A stretch of DNA of 64,000 nucleotides from Tubulanus polymorphus (Eukaryota > Animalia > Nemertea): contig NC_134029.1 in the NCBI RefSeq assembly GCF_964204645.1, positions 9,388,850 to 9,452,849 on the forward strand. Direction: 5' to 3'. The position numbers were made by a program, and so were the translations under genes. The notes under the pieces were generated by a model. It saw nothing but the letters and a program-made list of their open reading frames with translations, searched no databases and had not been told where the DNA came from. Of this stretch, positions 38,136-50,688 are shown one piece after another; the stretch's first letter is position 1; the number at the start of each line of letters is the position of its first letter.

Positions 38136-40402
38136 TTGTACTCACAATGTGTCCATACTTTTTCAGGGACAACACTAGTTATGATTTTTATCCACGGATC
38201 GTTAGCTACCGAAACCGTAATATGCCCAGGATATGGCGTGTTACTTCAAAAAATCAGTGTGGTAGACAATGGTGCGAGCGCATGGAAGCACACTTTTGTA
38301 CTCCCCTTGTTGCAAGTGCCGAAATATAAGGCCTTAATTCCGGACTGTGATTTTCATAAAGGCGGGGATGAACTTTGTAAGGTCGGTACTAATTTGATGT
38401 CCTCTATGAGGGATCACCATAACGAATTGGTTGGTCAGATAGTCAAGGATATTAATACGATCAAAGATCTCATTCCGGTAACTATAACTAAAGCCGAGAT
38501 AACCAAGTCGAAACGCCCGAAGAGAGATTTGGCCACGTTTATGGGGAAGTTCATGAAAAACCTCTTTGGCTTAGCGACCGATGAGGATCTCGCAAAGCTT
38601 TCGAAGCACATCACTGACGTGGAGAATATGGCAAAGTTAAATACGAAGCAATTAAGAACGATTTCAGACGACCTGACTTTGTATATGTCGTCTGCGGATG
38701 CTCGCATAGCCAACGTCGTCGCTGGGGTAAGCTAGGGTTTTATTATCAGGTACAGGATATTGTTTTCACGAAAACAAATAATAATTTATATATTACCATC
38801 AATATTCCTTTATCCTCGACCAACGCCTTCTTCGGGGCCTTTCCTGTACCATGCAATTCCTCGTCGACTCGCAGTACGTTGTAAACTGGGTTACCTGATT
38901 ATTTTGGTATAACTGACAATGGCCAGTTTTATACTGAGCTATAGTCCAAATTCTATTCTTCATGCTCAGGCAAATATTAGAAATCTTGCTCGACTGCGAT
39001 GTCGATGAAATATTCCCAGATGCGCATTGGCAATTTATAGGGACGAGCCTAAGTTGGTATCGCAATTGTGTGATTTCAGGTACGAGCCGACATCTGCGTT
39101 GTTCGAGAGCACAGTGCAGGTTAAAGACAGTTTATACTTGATGTCGGGAAAGCGAGTGACGTGGGATTTGACCTGTCCAGGGAAACCAGTCCAAGCAATT
39201 AAAAGTTGTCTGTTTTGTTTGTTATCAGTGCCATGCAAGTGCCGATTAACATCTAACACTTTTGAACTTAGCCCACGAATTATGGCTTGTGCGGGTGATG
39301 TGGCCTGTTAAATATTATAGCATGAATCTCCCAGTAGTATCGCAAATTTATAACCAGGAACAGCTGGACAATATTTTAGGGGGGACTACGGTTACAGATC
39401 CCATAAAAACAGAACTCCCTCATTGTAAGTTAAACATGGCTAACTGGCCGGGTCTAGTTGATAAGGATAAAAAGTTTTCTTTGGATTTTAAAAGGATGGT
39501 AAATCACATTAAGAATGACATCGCTATGTATGCATCGAAGGCGGATGCCTTGGCTGCAAAGTCAGACGAGTCTTGCGATGACTTTGAATGGACCATTTCC
39601 GATACGCCAGGTGTCCTAAATATTGTAGTCATTGCTCTGTCTTCGGCTAGCATGCTATTGTGTCTTTTTCTCTTCATTAAAACAAGGAAGGTTTTGGGGA
39701 TGATGACGTTGCGACTTCATTGCCTCTAGCGAAGGCGTTTACCGTCGTCTCGAATAAATCGTATGAACTAGCGCTAGATTCCCTTGACAAGGGTTCCAAC
39801 GAAATAGTTTTGGTTAAAGTTGTAACTGAACGGTTTGACCTTTCAGATATTCCCATGTTGGAAGTCATATTTGTTTTGGGTTCCTTTTTGGTTGTACGGG
39901 TATTGATCATGGATATCGTTCATTTGATCCGCGCGATCCTGAAATGTTGCTCTCCATGGAGTAGTATTGACCGATCTGAATTACATTGTGTTATTTATCT
40001 AGAAATTTGTAATGTTAACAAGTCGATTATGATATTGTTGGGCGATTGTCCATATCATCCGACGGAAACGAATACTCTTGTCTTATGTTGCCAGATCCAG
40101 AAATAATTGGTGTTGTATGGTCCTTTTAGCTATTACTTAGGTTTTCGATGTACAGCGAGGTTATGGTAGATGGCCAGAAGGTGATGGATTTGCCTTCAAA
40201 GGTCACAATTCCGTGGCTTAAATTTAGTTCAGTAAGGAGGATCCTAGCGGATGATTTTTGCCAGTTCTTCTGGATAGAATTTAATGGGGCGAAGGTTCCT
40301 GTCAAAGGCATTGCGGATTTCCTGAGGGATCCGGCTGGAAAAAGGCACGAAGCCTTGGAAGGCTCCGCAGGAAAAATGATACTGACTGGGAGGCCGAGAT
40401 AG
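38136..40402 (+). pseudogene. env: baculovirus-F/errantivirus-type class I fusion glycoprotein (frameshifted, internal deletion at ~38733)
   Basis: Signal-like hydrophobic stretch, YGVL..WKHTF, furin site plus fusion peptide RPKR|DLATFMGKFMKNLFGLATDED, heptad region, Cys-rich ectodomain and TM VLNIVVIALSSASMLLCLFLFI. Confidence 0.85.
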
Positions 40403-41214
40403 CGGCTCACGAAGCTGCCACTAATAGGAACATTCTGGCAATATCCCCACGGATTCCTTCGCCACCTAGTGTTCCGAATCCATTGGTACCCCAGAGGGGC
40501 ATCAATTTACTCTATCCCTTGTTGTTGTCGAGACCTTGAAATTAAGAGTCTTCAAGAGGTTCATTCCGTACATTTTGATGGGAGGGGGATGATTTCGATA
40601 TAGGCGACAATGTCTATATATGTATCATTTCGATAATTAGACAATGATATGAAATGGATTAAATGATAATAAATAGATATATTAATTATAGTTAGAGGCA
40701 TATTAAAATGAAGAGGCGTAATGAGTACTCAATTTCGATTGTATGTTTGCAATAATGTATGACAGGGCTGCGTATTTGAACTTAAGTGAATAACTTATAG
40801 TGGGATATGAAATATTATCATATGTTGAATGTTGTATTTATCTAGGCGAGCGTTTAGGCAGCATCAGAGCTCTTGTGGTGCGGAAGTGTTTTGAGAGGCT
40901 GGGTGTAGATGACCCGTTCGGCCTTCACGTAATGTGCTAGTAACCTCTTACGTGACTCTGATGTAGGCTGCCTTAAGATTGATTTACCGTATGTGTGTAC
41001 GTAAATTGTAATGTAATAATTGGAATGAAATAATATTGATGTTTAAGGACATGAGGTGTGATATGAAAATAACTTTAGGATGAAAAGAACAGTTGCTCTA
41101 TGTTGAAATTTGATGACTTATAATATATGTAATAAAAAAAAGAAAAAAAAAACATTGTTCTGGATGTATCTAATGTCTTGGTAGTTTGCTGTTTTTATCT
41201 ATCTTTGTATTATG

Positions 41215-42090
41215 CAGGGGCGTAGCGACAACTGTGACATATGTACACCAATAATTGGAAAACCCATAATGTTAAAACGTCATAATAAACGTTATTCTGT
41301 ATTTACATGGGGGGCATCAAGTTCTTTTGAAGATGTCAGCGGTGCTAATACGGAGGCGTTGGCAACGCACTTGAGATTTTCGGTGTAGGCCACATCCAAC
41401 CCAGTGACACCAGCCAGTTTGTTTACAGTGTTTACGGTATCACATCTGGACCATGCACCTGATCTCACAGTATCAAAGTTGTCGAATTCAGAAGACTATT
41501 TTCATATTACTTTAGAGCGACTCAAACCAGTATCAAAGTTGCCGAATTCAGAAGACTTTTTTCATATTACTTTAGAGCGACTCAAACCGGTTTTCTTCTG
41601 GTTATATTTCACTGATTCTGTAGGTGTTTTTTGTTCATGAAAAATGGACCATAATAAGGGATTTGACCAAAAATATTCTGCTCAAGTGCCAAGACATGGA
41701 AGGCAAGAAAATCGAGAGAGTACCGGTATTGATGTACAATAAGCTAACATTAGTTTACTATTCATCAAAGGCAGATCGAGCCTACCACTTGTATCGAGGG
41801 GTACTCAGGTTTGCCCTTCTATTTTTCTAGTTTGTGATTTTGACAGGCTCTTTTACTAACATGAATGTTTTATTCCGGGCAAGTATTCTGGAAGTAGCAT
41901 AAAAAATAGTCGATTCGAATCTAAACAAAAGTACTTAACTTCTAGGGGATAGATTTTATGCCCCAAATATGCTTAAAGATTGCGTTTTAATGTTCAAAAT
42001 TTTCTTGAGGGAGGGCCCCCAAACCCCCTTCTAGTTTGGATGTGCGCTCCAGATTGTCGCACCATTGAATTTTAGGTGGCTACGTCCCTG
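41215..42090. mobile_element. hAT5-like non-autonomous element with 5-bp TSD
   Basis: TIRs CAGGGGCGTAGC / GCTACGTCCCTG. TTATG at 41210-41214 and 42091-42095. Internal ~60-bp tandem duplication at about 41468-41589. Confidence 0.75.
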
Positions 42091-42498
42091 TTATGTTACT
42101 TGTATTATAATGTATTGTGGACATGGATTGTGGAATTATCTTTAATGGAATTTGTTCATTATAAACAGATTGTATATCGTATAAGAGAAATGATTACTTA
42201 CTGTTTGTAAGGTTGTATGCGTGTTTGTACGGTTGTTTCTTATCCATGGCGGTATGACGCTGTACGTCTTTTGGGTAGCTATTTGGAAGATACGATTTGT
42301 TTAATTGTGGTTTCCAAACAATCGTTTTCATTTCATGTTAGTGTTTTAGTGTTGGTGTTGTTATATTGACGAAATAGGTTTTTCCTGTCTAATATCTTGG
42401 AGGACCTTATGTCACGGTTCAACCTGCTTGACATGCATTTATGTATTTTTTCTCGATTTTGGTCCCTGGGGACAGGGCCTTTGCGAAAGGGGGGTATA

Positions 42499-42866
42499 TG
42501 TGACAGCCGTATTATTGATTTATGTTATTGATTTTCAACAGCAGTTTGAGGTATTATTGATTTATGTTATTGATTTTCAACAGCAGTTCGATTCATAAAT
42601 AGAACTGCTGCTGCTAAAAACCTCTAAACTTTGTGACATAAATTAATGTGAAAATGTCTTTATTGATAAGATAATTAAGAAGTGAACTATATATACTAGT
42701 TGTTTTGGACGGTTGAGTGAGACCGCTCTAACCATCGTTGAGATCAGTTCGGTGAATAAAGTACTACTGAAGACAGGAACTCTGTGTGCTGTGACTTGTT
42801 TTCTTCTTGGACGTTTTGTGGTATTTTCACTCACTCAAGCGAAATTCAAAGATCCCGTGGGTGACA
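42499..42866 (+). repeat. 3' LTR (368 bp; internal deletion and short duplication relative to the 5' LTR)
   Basis: Homologous to 32806-33318. Preceded by the PPT and followed by the TSD. Confidence 0.9.
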
Positions 42867-43898
42867 GAAAGAAGAAGGATGAGACGCAGAAAGAAGATGA
42901 AAGAAGGGATGGCTGTGATCAAGAAAGAAGGGGAACGCGTGGAAAACAAGGAAAGAGGAGCCGGGGATGGAGGGGAATCGACTTAAGTCCCAAGTGGGCT
43001 AAAAACAGCCCCCAACGATGCAACGAGCGACCCGGAGACTGAAAGGAAGGAGATGGGAGCAGTCAGCAAACTCGGGAGAAGTTTGTTCGGGAAAAGTAAT
43101 AACGACAAGAAGCGGAAACAGTTAGTAAAGAGGAGTCTGGAGCTCAGCCGGCGAGCACGAGAGAGAGACGAGATTAAATAGAGAGCGGAGGAGGCGCGGA
43201 AGGCCGAAATTGAACATCGAAAGAAAATAGAAGAGGAAGCGAAGGAGAAGGAGATAGAGCGAAAGAAGTTGGAGGAGAAGCGGAGAGCGGAAATACAACG
43301 GTTAGAGAAGGGAGAGGAGCCTGAGAGCGTGCAAGCTTACATGCCGGAAATACTCGACACTAACTTTCAGAGATGGTGGAGAAACTAAACCCCAACATAC
43401 ATACCGACCGAAATCGTAAAGTCGTTACCAAAGGCCGATGTCCCAGCCCCTATACAGCCGGTGATAATTGATAAAGACGAGCCGCGGCCGGTGAAGGAGA
43501 GTCGGTGCAACCCGGAATCCAGAAGGGTGCTCGCGCATGTGCACCCGACCATCCATGGTCACCAGGCTACTTTCCGGGAGTGCCAGTACGATGTCCGTTT
43601 TGCCAGAAAATGGCCCATGCTTCAAGAATGGACACCACCAGCGCGAACCTCATCGCAGCCATTCTCGGAGGTGCATGTACATCCACTCGAGTCCGGGGAT
43701 ATGATCATCTTCGGGTTCGATGACGCCCCGATCGACTGCGTTGCGTGTCTGCTTGAGGAACGTTGATCGTCAGTCGAAACTTATTGTTGATCGTCCGTCA
43801 GGAGAAAATGATTGTCCGTCCGTCCGCCCGTCAAGAGAAATTTCGTCGAGGAACTTTTCATATTTCATGCGGGGCGTGTGAAAGCTGGGAGGGAATGA

Positions 43899-44850
43899 TG
43901 TAAAAATTTTTTCGATTTCGCCGAATTTTGGCGCTTATTTTAAAATCACCTTTCTCCCGGATTTCACCACTCTGTGTTTATTGTGTATTATATCCTATCA
44001 ATGTCGTTTTACTCATATTAATTAAGTGAGACCGTGCAACATTGTTTATTAAATGTCCGTTGCAAATTGGTCGATGTTTCGCATCCGGTTATTCCGGGTC
44101 CTCATGTATTTACTATAACCCTTCTGGCTGAATTGTATTTATAATTTCATGTATATCTTTCTGAGTGCAAGGGTTCGAACCCTTGTAACTCCATTTTTCT
44201 GCTGATGTGATTATTTATTTACATTTACGCGTGACCAATCACGCGTGTCCGAGCTTTTGTTCCAGCCAATGAGAGCGCGGGGGGACAATGGCGCTCTATA
44301 AAAGGCGAGCAGAGCGCGAGATTCAACAACAAACCGTTCAATCGGACTGTCCAGAACACTAGAACTCATCAGTTTACTCAGTAAGTCTACTACCCGTTTT
44401 TTAATGTAAGAACCATCCCGTCCGCGTGTCCCCCTCTGGACACCCGGACCGTGTACTTGCATTGCGTAAGATTGTAAATAAGTTAATTGCCACCCGCCGG
44501 AAGGTCTCCGGGGTTATCCAGGGTCGGCGTTGTCCCGGATACCTCATTTCCCCCGGCGGACATGGTTGTCCCCGAATGCCCCGGACAACGCAGAATTGTA
44601 AATAGTACGTGTTCAAAGACAGCTGTGTAAATAATGTAAATAATTGGACGTTAATGCGAGGCTTATATGCATCAGATATTTAATGCAGTTGCAGCTGCAA
44701 AATAAATACAAAACTGTTACTTTTTTCAAATTAAGAATGCTGTGTGAGTTATCATGGACGCGTTTGGAGTCAGGAAGAGAGTCAGTCTTAACTTTTAAGG
44801 ACACGAGGAATCCGGTCAGCTGAGGAGAGGCCGGAGTCACGCTACCGACA
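43899..44850 (+). repeat. Probable 3' LTR of the host zinc-finger Gypsy (right end uncertain, possibly ~45098)
   Basis: Purine tract GGGAGGGAATGA then TGT. Two CCAAT boxes, TATAAAA at about 44296 and AATAAA at about 44701. Confidence 0.5.
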
Positions 44851-47800
44851 TTTTATCCGGCAGAGGATTCCAGCTGAATTACTCACCTCCAAGAGGAGGA
44901 CGAGCGGACCCGGACGTACCCACCAACGGTGAAGAGGCATGAAGAGATAAGGGACGCCCCGAGAGCATCCGAGCCGTATGGAGGCCAAGGTTGGGTGGAG
45001 GCGGGCAAGCACAGCTGCGCAGGAGTTGCTTGTCCCCTACGAAATCCAAATATTACGGAGAAGCTATTTTGGTTACCGTGTCCATGGAATCCGTTACATG
45101 CGCCCAAGGAATCCGTAACACCGTGAGAAAAGTTAGACAGACGTTGATAGACTAAAGGAATGCAAAAATGTCCATATACGGGCCTGGGTGATGAGAACAT
45201 ATTGCAGTACCCTGTCGTGCCGGACCGGATGTGATGGAGTAAAGCATTAAACTAAACGAATGCTGACTGATTGATAGCCGGCCAAGTTAAGTATAATGTT
45301 TGAGCTATGAGGTTTCAGTTCGATTTCAAAATTGCAATTTTAGCAGGTGTAGCATGCCTGACAAAAAAATGAACTTCACAAAATATAGAACCTCTTAAAA
45401 TATAATAGGCAATATAATATCAACAAACTCAAATTCAAATTATGTTTAGTATAGTTAGGCACTTGTACATTCGCATCGATCGATCCGCGTAGTTAGGCAA
45501 TTGCGCAACAGTCAATAACTGCGCGCTGTTTTTTCTCCGGGTGATTCCTACTTTAGAGTTCGGAGGGAGTATCGCGGAATAGCCGGGATCCCCATTGGTG
45601 ACGTTATTACTACAGCGCATAAATTAAGATGGCGGCCGCCCCGGAATTTGAATTTTGAAAATCGGCCGATTTTTTCGTGATTTTTTATCAGATATCTCTC
45701 AAAGGTGAGTTTCAAACGCTATATTTTTATTTTTCTTCTTATCTCCCCTCTACGAAACGATATTTCGTCATATTCTATGCTTCTTAAGTGAAAATCGAAT
45801 TAAGATATGGAAATACTGAGGCGAACGATTCAAAAAGTTTTCCGTAAGTCTCAATGAGCGCACCAAGCTAGCCAGATTTCGTCACTAAACCGATTTTTTT
45901 AACGCAAAATCGAATCGAACTGTAGATATCTTAGAACACTTATACCTCAAACAATTCTTAAGCATAGTGTTTTCGTTTGTATTTCATATGTTTTGAGATC
46001 ATTCATCTCGGTTAAACTAGCTTTTGAGGTCATCTAAGTTTGTTTACATTTTGCGAAATGCAATCACGTGATCAAAATGGCGGATGCTGATTGGACAATG
46101 ACTGTTCAAAAACAATAACAAAGACACGTGGATCAAATTTACTACTACTTTCTTGGATTTTTAAACAATTTTATTTCCTTTTACAGGTATAAACAGTATA
46201 ATAATGAATAGGAAAAGAAATAAAGAAGATTTGGAAACAGTATTTGACCAATTCATGCCAGTTTTGAGGGAAGATGGAGCAATATATGTCGTACATGGAT
46301 GTAATACAGATTCGTAAAAAACATTTCGATTCTAAGAAGTTTAAATCTGCTAATGCTATTGACACTGCTGTTGCCGTAGATCTGATCAATTTGAATAAAT
46401 CTCATGGAAATTTTGATATTCAATTAGATAAAACAGTTAAATCAGTTTATCGCACGTGGACTAAATTTCAGAAATTTAGAAACATTAGTACGGAATGGGC
46501 CAAAATCATATCCTATCTCAACTCAGCTTTCCAGTTACCATCAACGACATCAACTATAGTTCGATCATCATCATCATCATCATGTGAAGTAATTACTTCT
46601 ACTTAGCATTGTGCTTAAATCTGAAGTTAATAGCCCCAGTATTTATTGAGAACTAGCTATTATAGCATCCGTATGTGTTGACTATCTATGAGCTGACCTT
46701 CAAGATTCAAGGTCAAATTTTGGCAATAATGATGGCCCACTAGGTGCTAGGGTAATTTTTCTTCGGCACACTATTTAAAACATACCAGGCATCATTGTGT
46801 CCAAATTTGAAGTTAATCAGACTAAGAATCACAAAGATATGGCTATCATAGTGTTTTACTCATCAGGATCTTATCACAGATTTTGATCCTTTGTTTTATT
46901 CAATTCCCTTAATGAACTAGCGGGCTAATTATCAAACTTCGAAATGTAATAACTTCTGTTCTAATCAAGATAGAAACAAAATTTAACCAGAAAGAAACTT
47001 TCCATGATGGGTTTCTGTGTAATTGTTTCTGTTTCATTCACCGAACTCGCTGTCAAAAAGGCGATTCTCGATATAAATAGTAATGGGTTTTCCCCGCGGG
47101 ATACCCGCTTTGGGAAAGGCACCTGAATCGATGCTACGAGTTCGAATCCCAATATTTAGACGTAATTTATTATTCTTTGAAATAAATTCTTAGAATTTCT
47201 ATTTATGATAGGATGTGCAGGTTTTGATTTGGTAATGATGTTAATAAAAGTTAACCTCTTAAGGTATTGTTTTCTATCTATTATTTGTGACGGATTAGTT
47301 TCGATGCTCCTCACAACCCGCCCCACCACGTGTCACTTATTCACGGACATGCGGATTGTATCATTTGTAATAGGCCTACCACATGAAAGAGTCCATGGCC
47401 TACCGTAGAATAGTAGGGCCTACCGATCACGCTATGTGCGATGAAAGTAGTGTTTGAATAAAATAAATTTTTAATGAAATAAACATTATTTATCATAATT
47501 AATCAATAGATCAGGTGCCGCCTAAATAATTGTTTGTTTCGTGAAATTTGTACAAAACTTTGCGACTTCGTCATGTCTTGTGACCCTGAAAATACTAGAA
47601 GAATCATCGGTAAGCTTATAAAACGGCGAGGTCAACATAGTAACAACAACTTCGGGGATTGAAAAAAAAACTCGAAAGAATTATTTCTTATACTGATGAG
47701 TTATACTGATGGGGAGTAGCGACCGTCATTGACACCGGTTATTTATCCATTCACTATCAAATGTGACGAGCCCAATAAATGATTGCGCATAGATTCGGCC

Positions 47801-47989
47801 TCTCAGCATTTAGCACAGCAGTTCCGAGAAGTGTTAAGACCGATCAGCGCGTGCGCTATCTAAAACCGGTGCTAGTACGATCAATATCTACAGGTATATA
47901 CGTGTTCAGTATTACACAGCGAGTACCAGTATGTTGATCGAGCGTCATCAAAGCAACGCGCTATACAGCGGCTTGAACTAGCGAGTAAC

Positions 47990-48217
47990 GTTAATTATCT
48001 TTTAACCAAATTAGAGCACTTATAACCATCGGAATCAAATATAAACCAAGCTGCACCATCTACATCAAGTAGAGAATACCTGTGTGAAATTACAGAATTG
48101 TCGGTCCACACAAACAGCTTAAATCGTGTCATAAAGAAACATCCACAGACGGACAGACAGACAGACATGACGACGATGCCATAGATGGGTTCGTCTGATG
48201 ACGAAACCCATCAAAAA
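47990..48217 (-). mobile_element. HINE-like element end, family 3
   Basis: (GACA)n microsatellite next to hairpin GATGGGTTCGTC-TGAT-GACGAAACCCATC and an A-run. The other boundary is approximate. Confidence 0.5.
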
Positions 48218-48581
48218 CCACAGTACTCAGCTTTCAAAGCTCTATCAGGGAGACTAACTATCTCTTTGTAGTTCTAAAAAATGTACAAGTGCTTAGTATA
48301 GACCGTCGTGAAGTGAGCACTGGATTCGGTATCACTCGATTCAAATTTATTTCATCACTCGATTCAAATTTATTATAAATTTTTAGTGGTTTTTAATGAG
48401 TATTTTTTGCACTGTTATTGAATAAAAAGATATTTTACGTTAAAATAAAATTGTGAATATACAACTTATTTCATCTAGTTATTGTACGGACACGGAACCG
48501 GACTCGGCGGCAAGGTAGACTGGTTCCCGGTCTCTATGGAGACATTCCTAAAATAGGGCCAATTTTCCCGAAATTTCCATC

Positions 48582-49340
48582 GAAGATAGAGCTATACAAG
48601 AGCTACAGCCCGGTGTTTATAATTTTTGCCCGGTGCAAGGGCTCCTTGGGTTGTAATTGACCCACAAAAACCCACAATATCGAAAATATTGTTTAGAAAT
48701 AAATGAGTAAAATACAAAACGGTCAAAGCCTCTGAAACTTTCAGAAAAAATAGAACTATTCGAGAGCTACAGTCCAGTATATAGTTGTTGCCTGGTGCAA
48801 GGGCTCCTTGGGGGTCTAATTGACGCCCAAGACCCCAAAATATCAAAAATAATGTTTAGAAATTAATAAGTATAATACAAAACGGTCAACGTCTCTGAAA
48901 CTTTCAGAGAAGATAGAAATATTCGAGAGCTACAGTCTAGTATATAGTTGTTGCCTGGTGCAAGGGCTCCTTGGGGTCTAATTGACGCCCAAAGATCCCA
49001 AAATATCAAAAATAATGTTTAGAAATTGATAAGTAAAGTACAAAACGGTTAAAGTCTCTGATACTTTCAGAGAAGATAGAACTATTCGAGAGCTACAGTC
49101 CGGTATATAGTTGTTGCTCGGTGCAAGGGCTCCTTGGGGGTCTAATTGACGCCCAAAGACCCCAAAATATCAGTAATAATGTTTAGAAATTAATAAGTAA
49201 AATACAACCGGTCAAAGTCTCTGAAACTTTCAGAGAAGATAGAACTATTCGAGAGCTACAGCCCGGTATATAGTTGTTGCCCGGTGCAAGGGCTCTTTGG
49301 GGGTCTAATTGACCCACAAAGACCCCAAAATATCAATAAT
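48582..49340. repeat. Tandem array, ~163-bp unit x ~4.6
   Basis: GAGCTACAG recurs at 48600, 48764, 48927, 49090 and 49253. Each full unit has the palindrome TCTCTGAAA-C-TTTCAGAGA or a close variant. Confidence 0.9.
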
Positions 49341-50054
49341 GATAAATTTATTCGGGAAATTATGGTACCGATGACATACGTCTACAATAACGAAGACAAC
49401 ATGGTTCATGGAATCATTAAAGTTTCTCATAACACAAACCACATAAAAGAAACTATTGATTCCGATTCATCGAATGAAATCATAATTGGAAACAAAGCTA
49501 GAGATGGAGACTCTATTGCAAGTGCTTTACATAGAACAATGTCACCAGAAGTCCGACACTGTAGATGTCCATGTGATGAATGTCTCGATCTGCCTACGGA
49601 AAGTCAGACTTATGACGATATTACCTGGTATCAACGAATCCGCCTATTACCGAATACATTGATCATCGATATGTGTCGATCCACAGCATTTTTCCAAGAT
49701 GGACAGATGCAAACTGTGAAAAATAATATGCGAGTGCTCACATCACACGAAGTAGATTTTCGTCCTTTCATTCATGGAGATACTGAGTTACAATTTACTC
49801 GATATAGGTTGGTCTCAGTTATTGCGCACATCGGAGTTTCAGCCGCAAGTGGACACTATGTACTATACAGATTCAATGACGACGGTACTGTCACGTTATT
49901 TGATGATTCTGTTGTCCAACAAGTAAGGAATGCTGCTGCCGAACGAGTAATTGAGCGGAACGGTCAACTATACTTTTTTGTACTGGCAAATGATAAGGAA
50001 AGATTAAGCAGAGTTGGAAACGTTAATAACGGCGATAACCAGGATCCACCCTAA
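49340..50054 (+). pseudogene. Ubiquitin-specific protease (peptidase C19) C-terminal half
   Basis: LPNTLIIDMCR, YRLVSVIAHIG...SGHYV (His box), FDDSVV (Asp box) and GQLYFF. No Cys box is visible. Intronless and embedded in TE sequence. Confidence 0.7.
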
Positions 50055-50670
50055 ACACCGCGACCGCCACCTCAAACACCAAAACCGCCAAAACGAATAA
50101 CTAGTTCTTTCAATGAGACCATGGCTACTCATGGAACCAACGAACAACGGGTGAAGGAAAGGCAGTTGAAGGAAGCACAGGAAAGGCAGTCGAGCCGTCA
50201 TGTGAACATGAAGACTTGGAAAAATCAAAAGTCGATGATTCACCAACAGGTTTGGATTTGAAAACTCTGGAGCACCTGGCAGGCGCTGCCATCCCGACTG
50301 AAAAGTATTATGAGGCCGACCTGCCTGATGAAATTTCATTTGATTTTCCAGAAGCAATTTGGGAGAAATTGATTGAAGAGGAACTCATAAAAAGGACACC
50401 ATAACACTTCCCTTGGATTGGGTTTGTGTTTTTTCGGATTATATTAAAAAGTCCAATCCACACTGTGTAATTCAGTTCAACAAACACAGAGCCCGTCATC
50501 TATCTTCGAGGAAAAAAAGAAGTCCTCTGTTCCGCGCCGAAGGGTACTGCAGCATTGCAGGATGTTCGTGTCTGGCTTTTTTGTCTATGTCAACCGAGTT
50601 CAAACTTACCATTCGATATGAAGGACAAATAAAGCACGAAGTCGGAACATATAGTCGGAGATTTCTTCTA
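50055..50670 (+). pseudogene. NOF/FB-like Mutator transposase N-terminal remnant
   Basis: W..VFSDYIKKSNPHCVIQFNKH...SRKKRSPLFRAEGYC...C...H motif recalled from NOF-FB-type proteins. Frameshifted and cut by a MITE. Confidence 0.5.
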
Positions 50671-50688
50671 GTATAGTAGGGTCGCTGT

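Larger units (their letters stand above)
32806..42866 (+). mobile_element. Gypsy provirus with chromodomain integrase and env (copy A; most of gag plus PR/RT deleted)
   Basis: Two homologous LTRs, 4-bp TSD GAAA (32802-32805 / 42867-42870), PBS TGGTGGAGAA.. at 33321 and PPT GAAAGGGGGG before 42499. RNase H end, integrase and env remnants inside. Confidence 0.9.
32500..43766 (+). pseudogene. 3' accessory ORF of the host Gypsy: 2 C2H2 zinc fingers plus an E/K/R-rich coil, split by the younger provirus (32500-32805 and 42871-43766)
   Basis: Follows a polypyrimidine-CAG acceptor at about 32499. FKCRGCRDSFWSKENLKRH and YECKKCSRVSDRGD*LRRHTRRHH. The frame continues across the GAAA TSD (REKRR|KKKDE). 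Confidence 0.6.

Noticed and set aside
45280-46610. Possible DNA transposon left end and ORF 46274-46606
   Set aside because: No matching TIR, TSD or catalytic motif could be identified, so no family can be supported.
49284-49340. Predicted start of the 256-aa ORF
   Set aside because: It lies within the last 163-bp tandem unit. The true N-terminus, including the USP Cys box, appears deleted.
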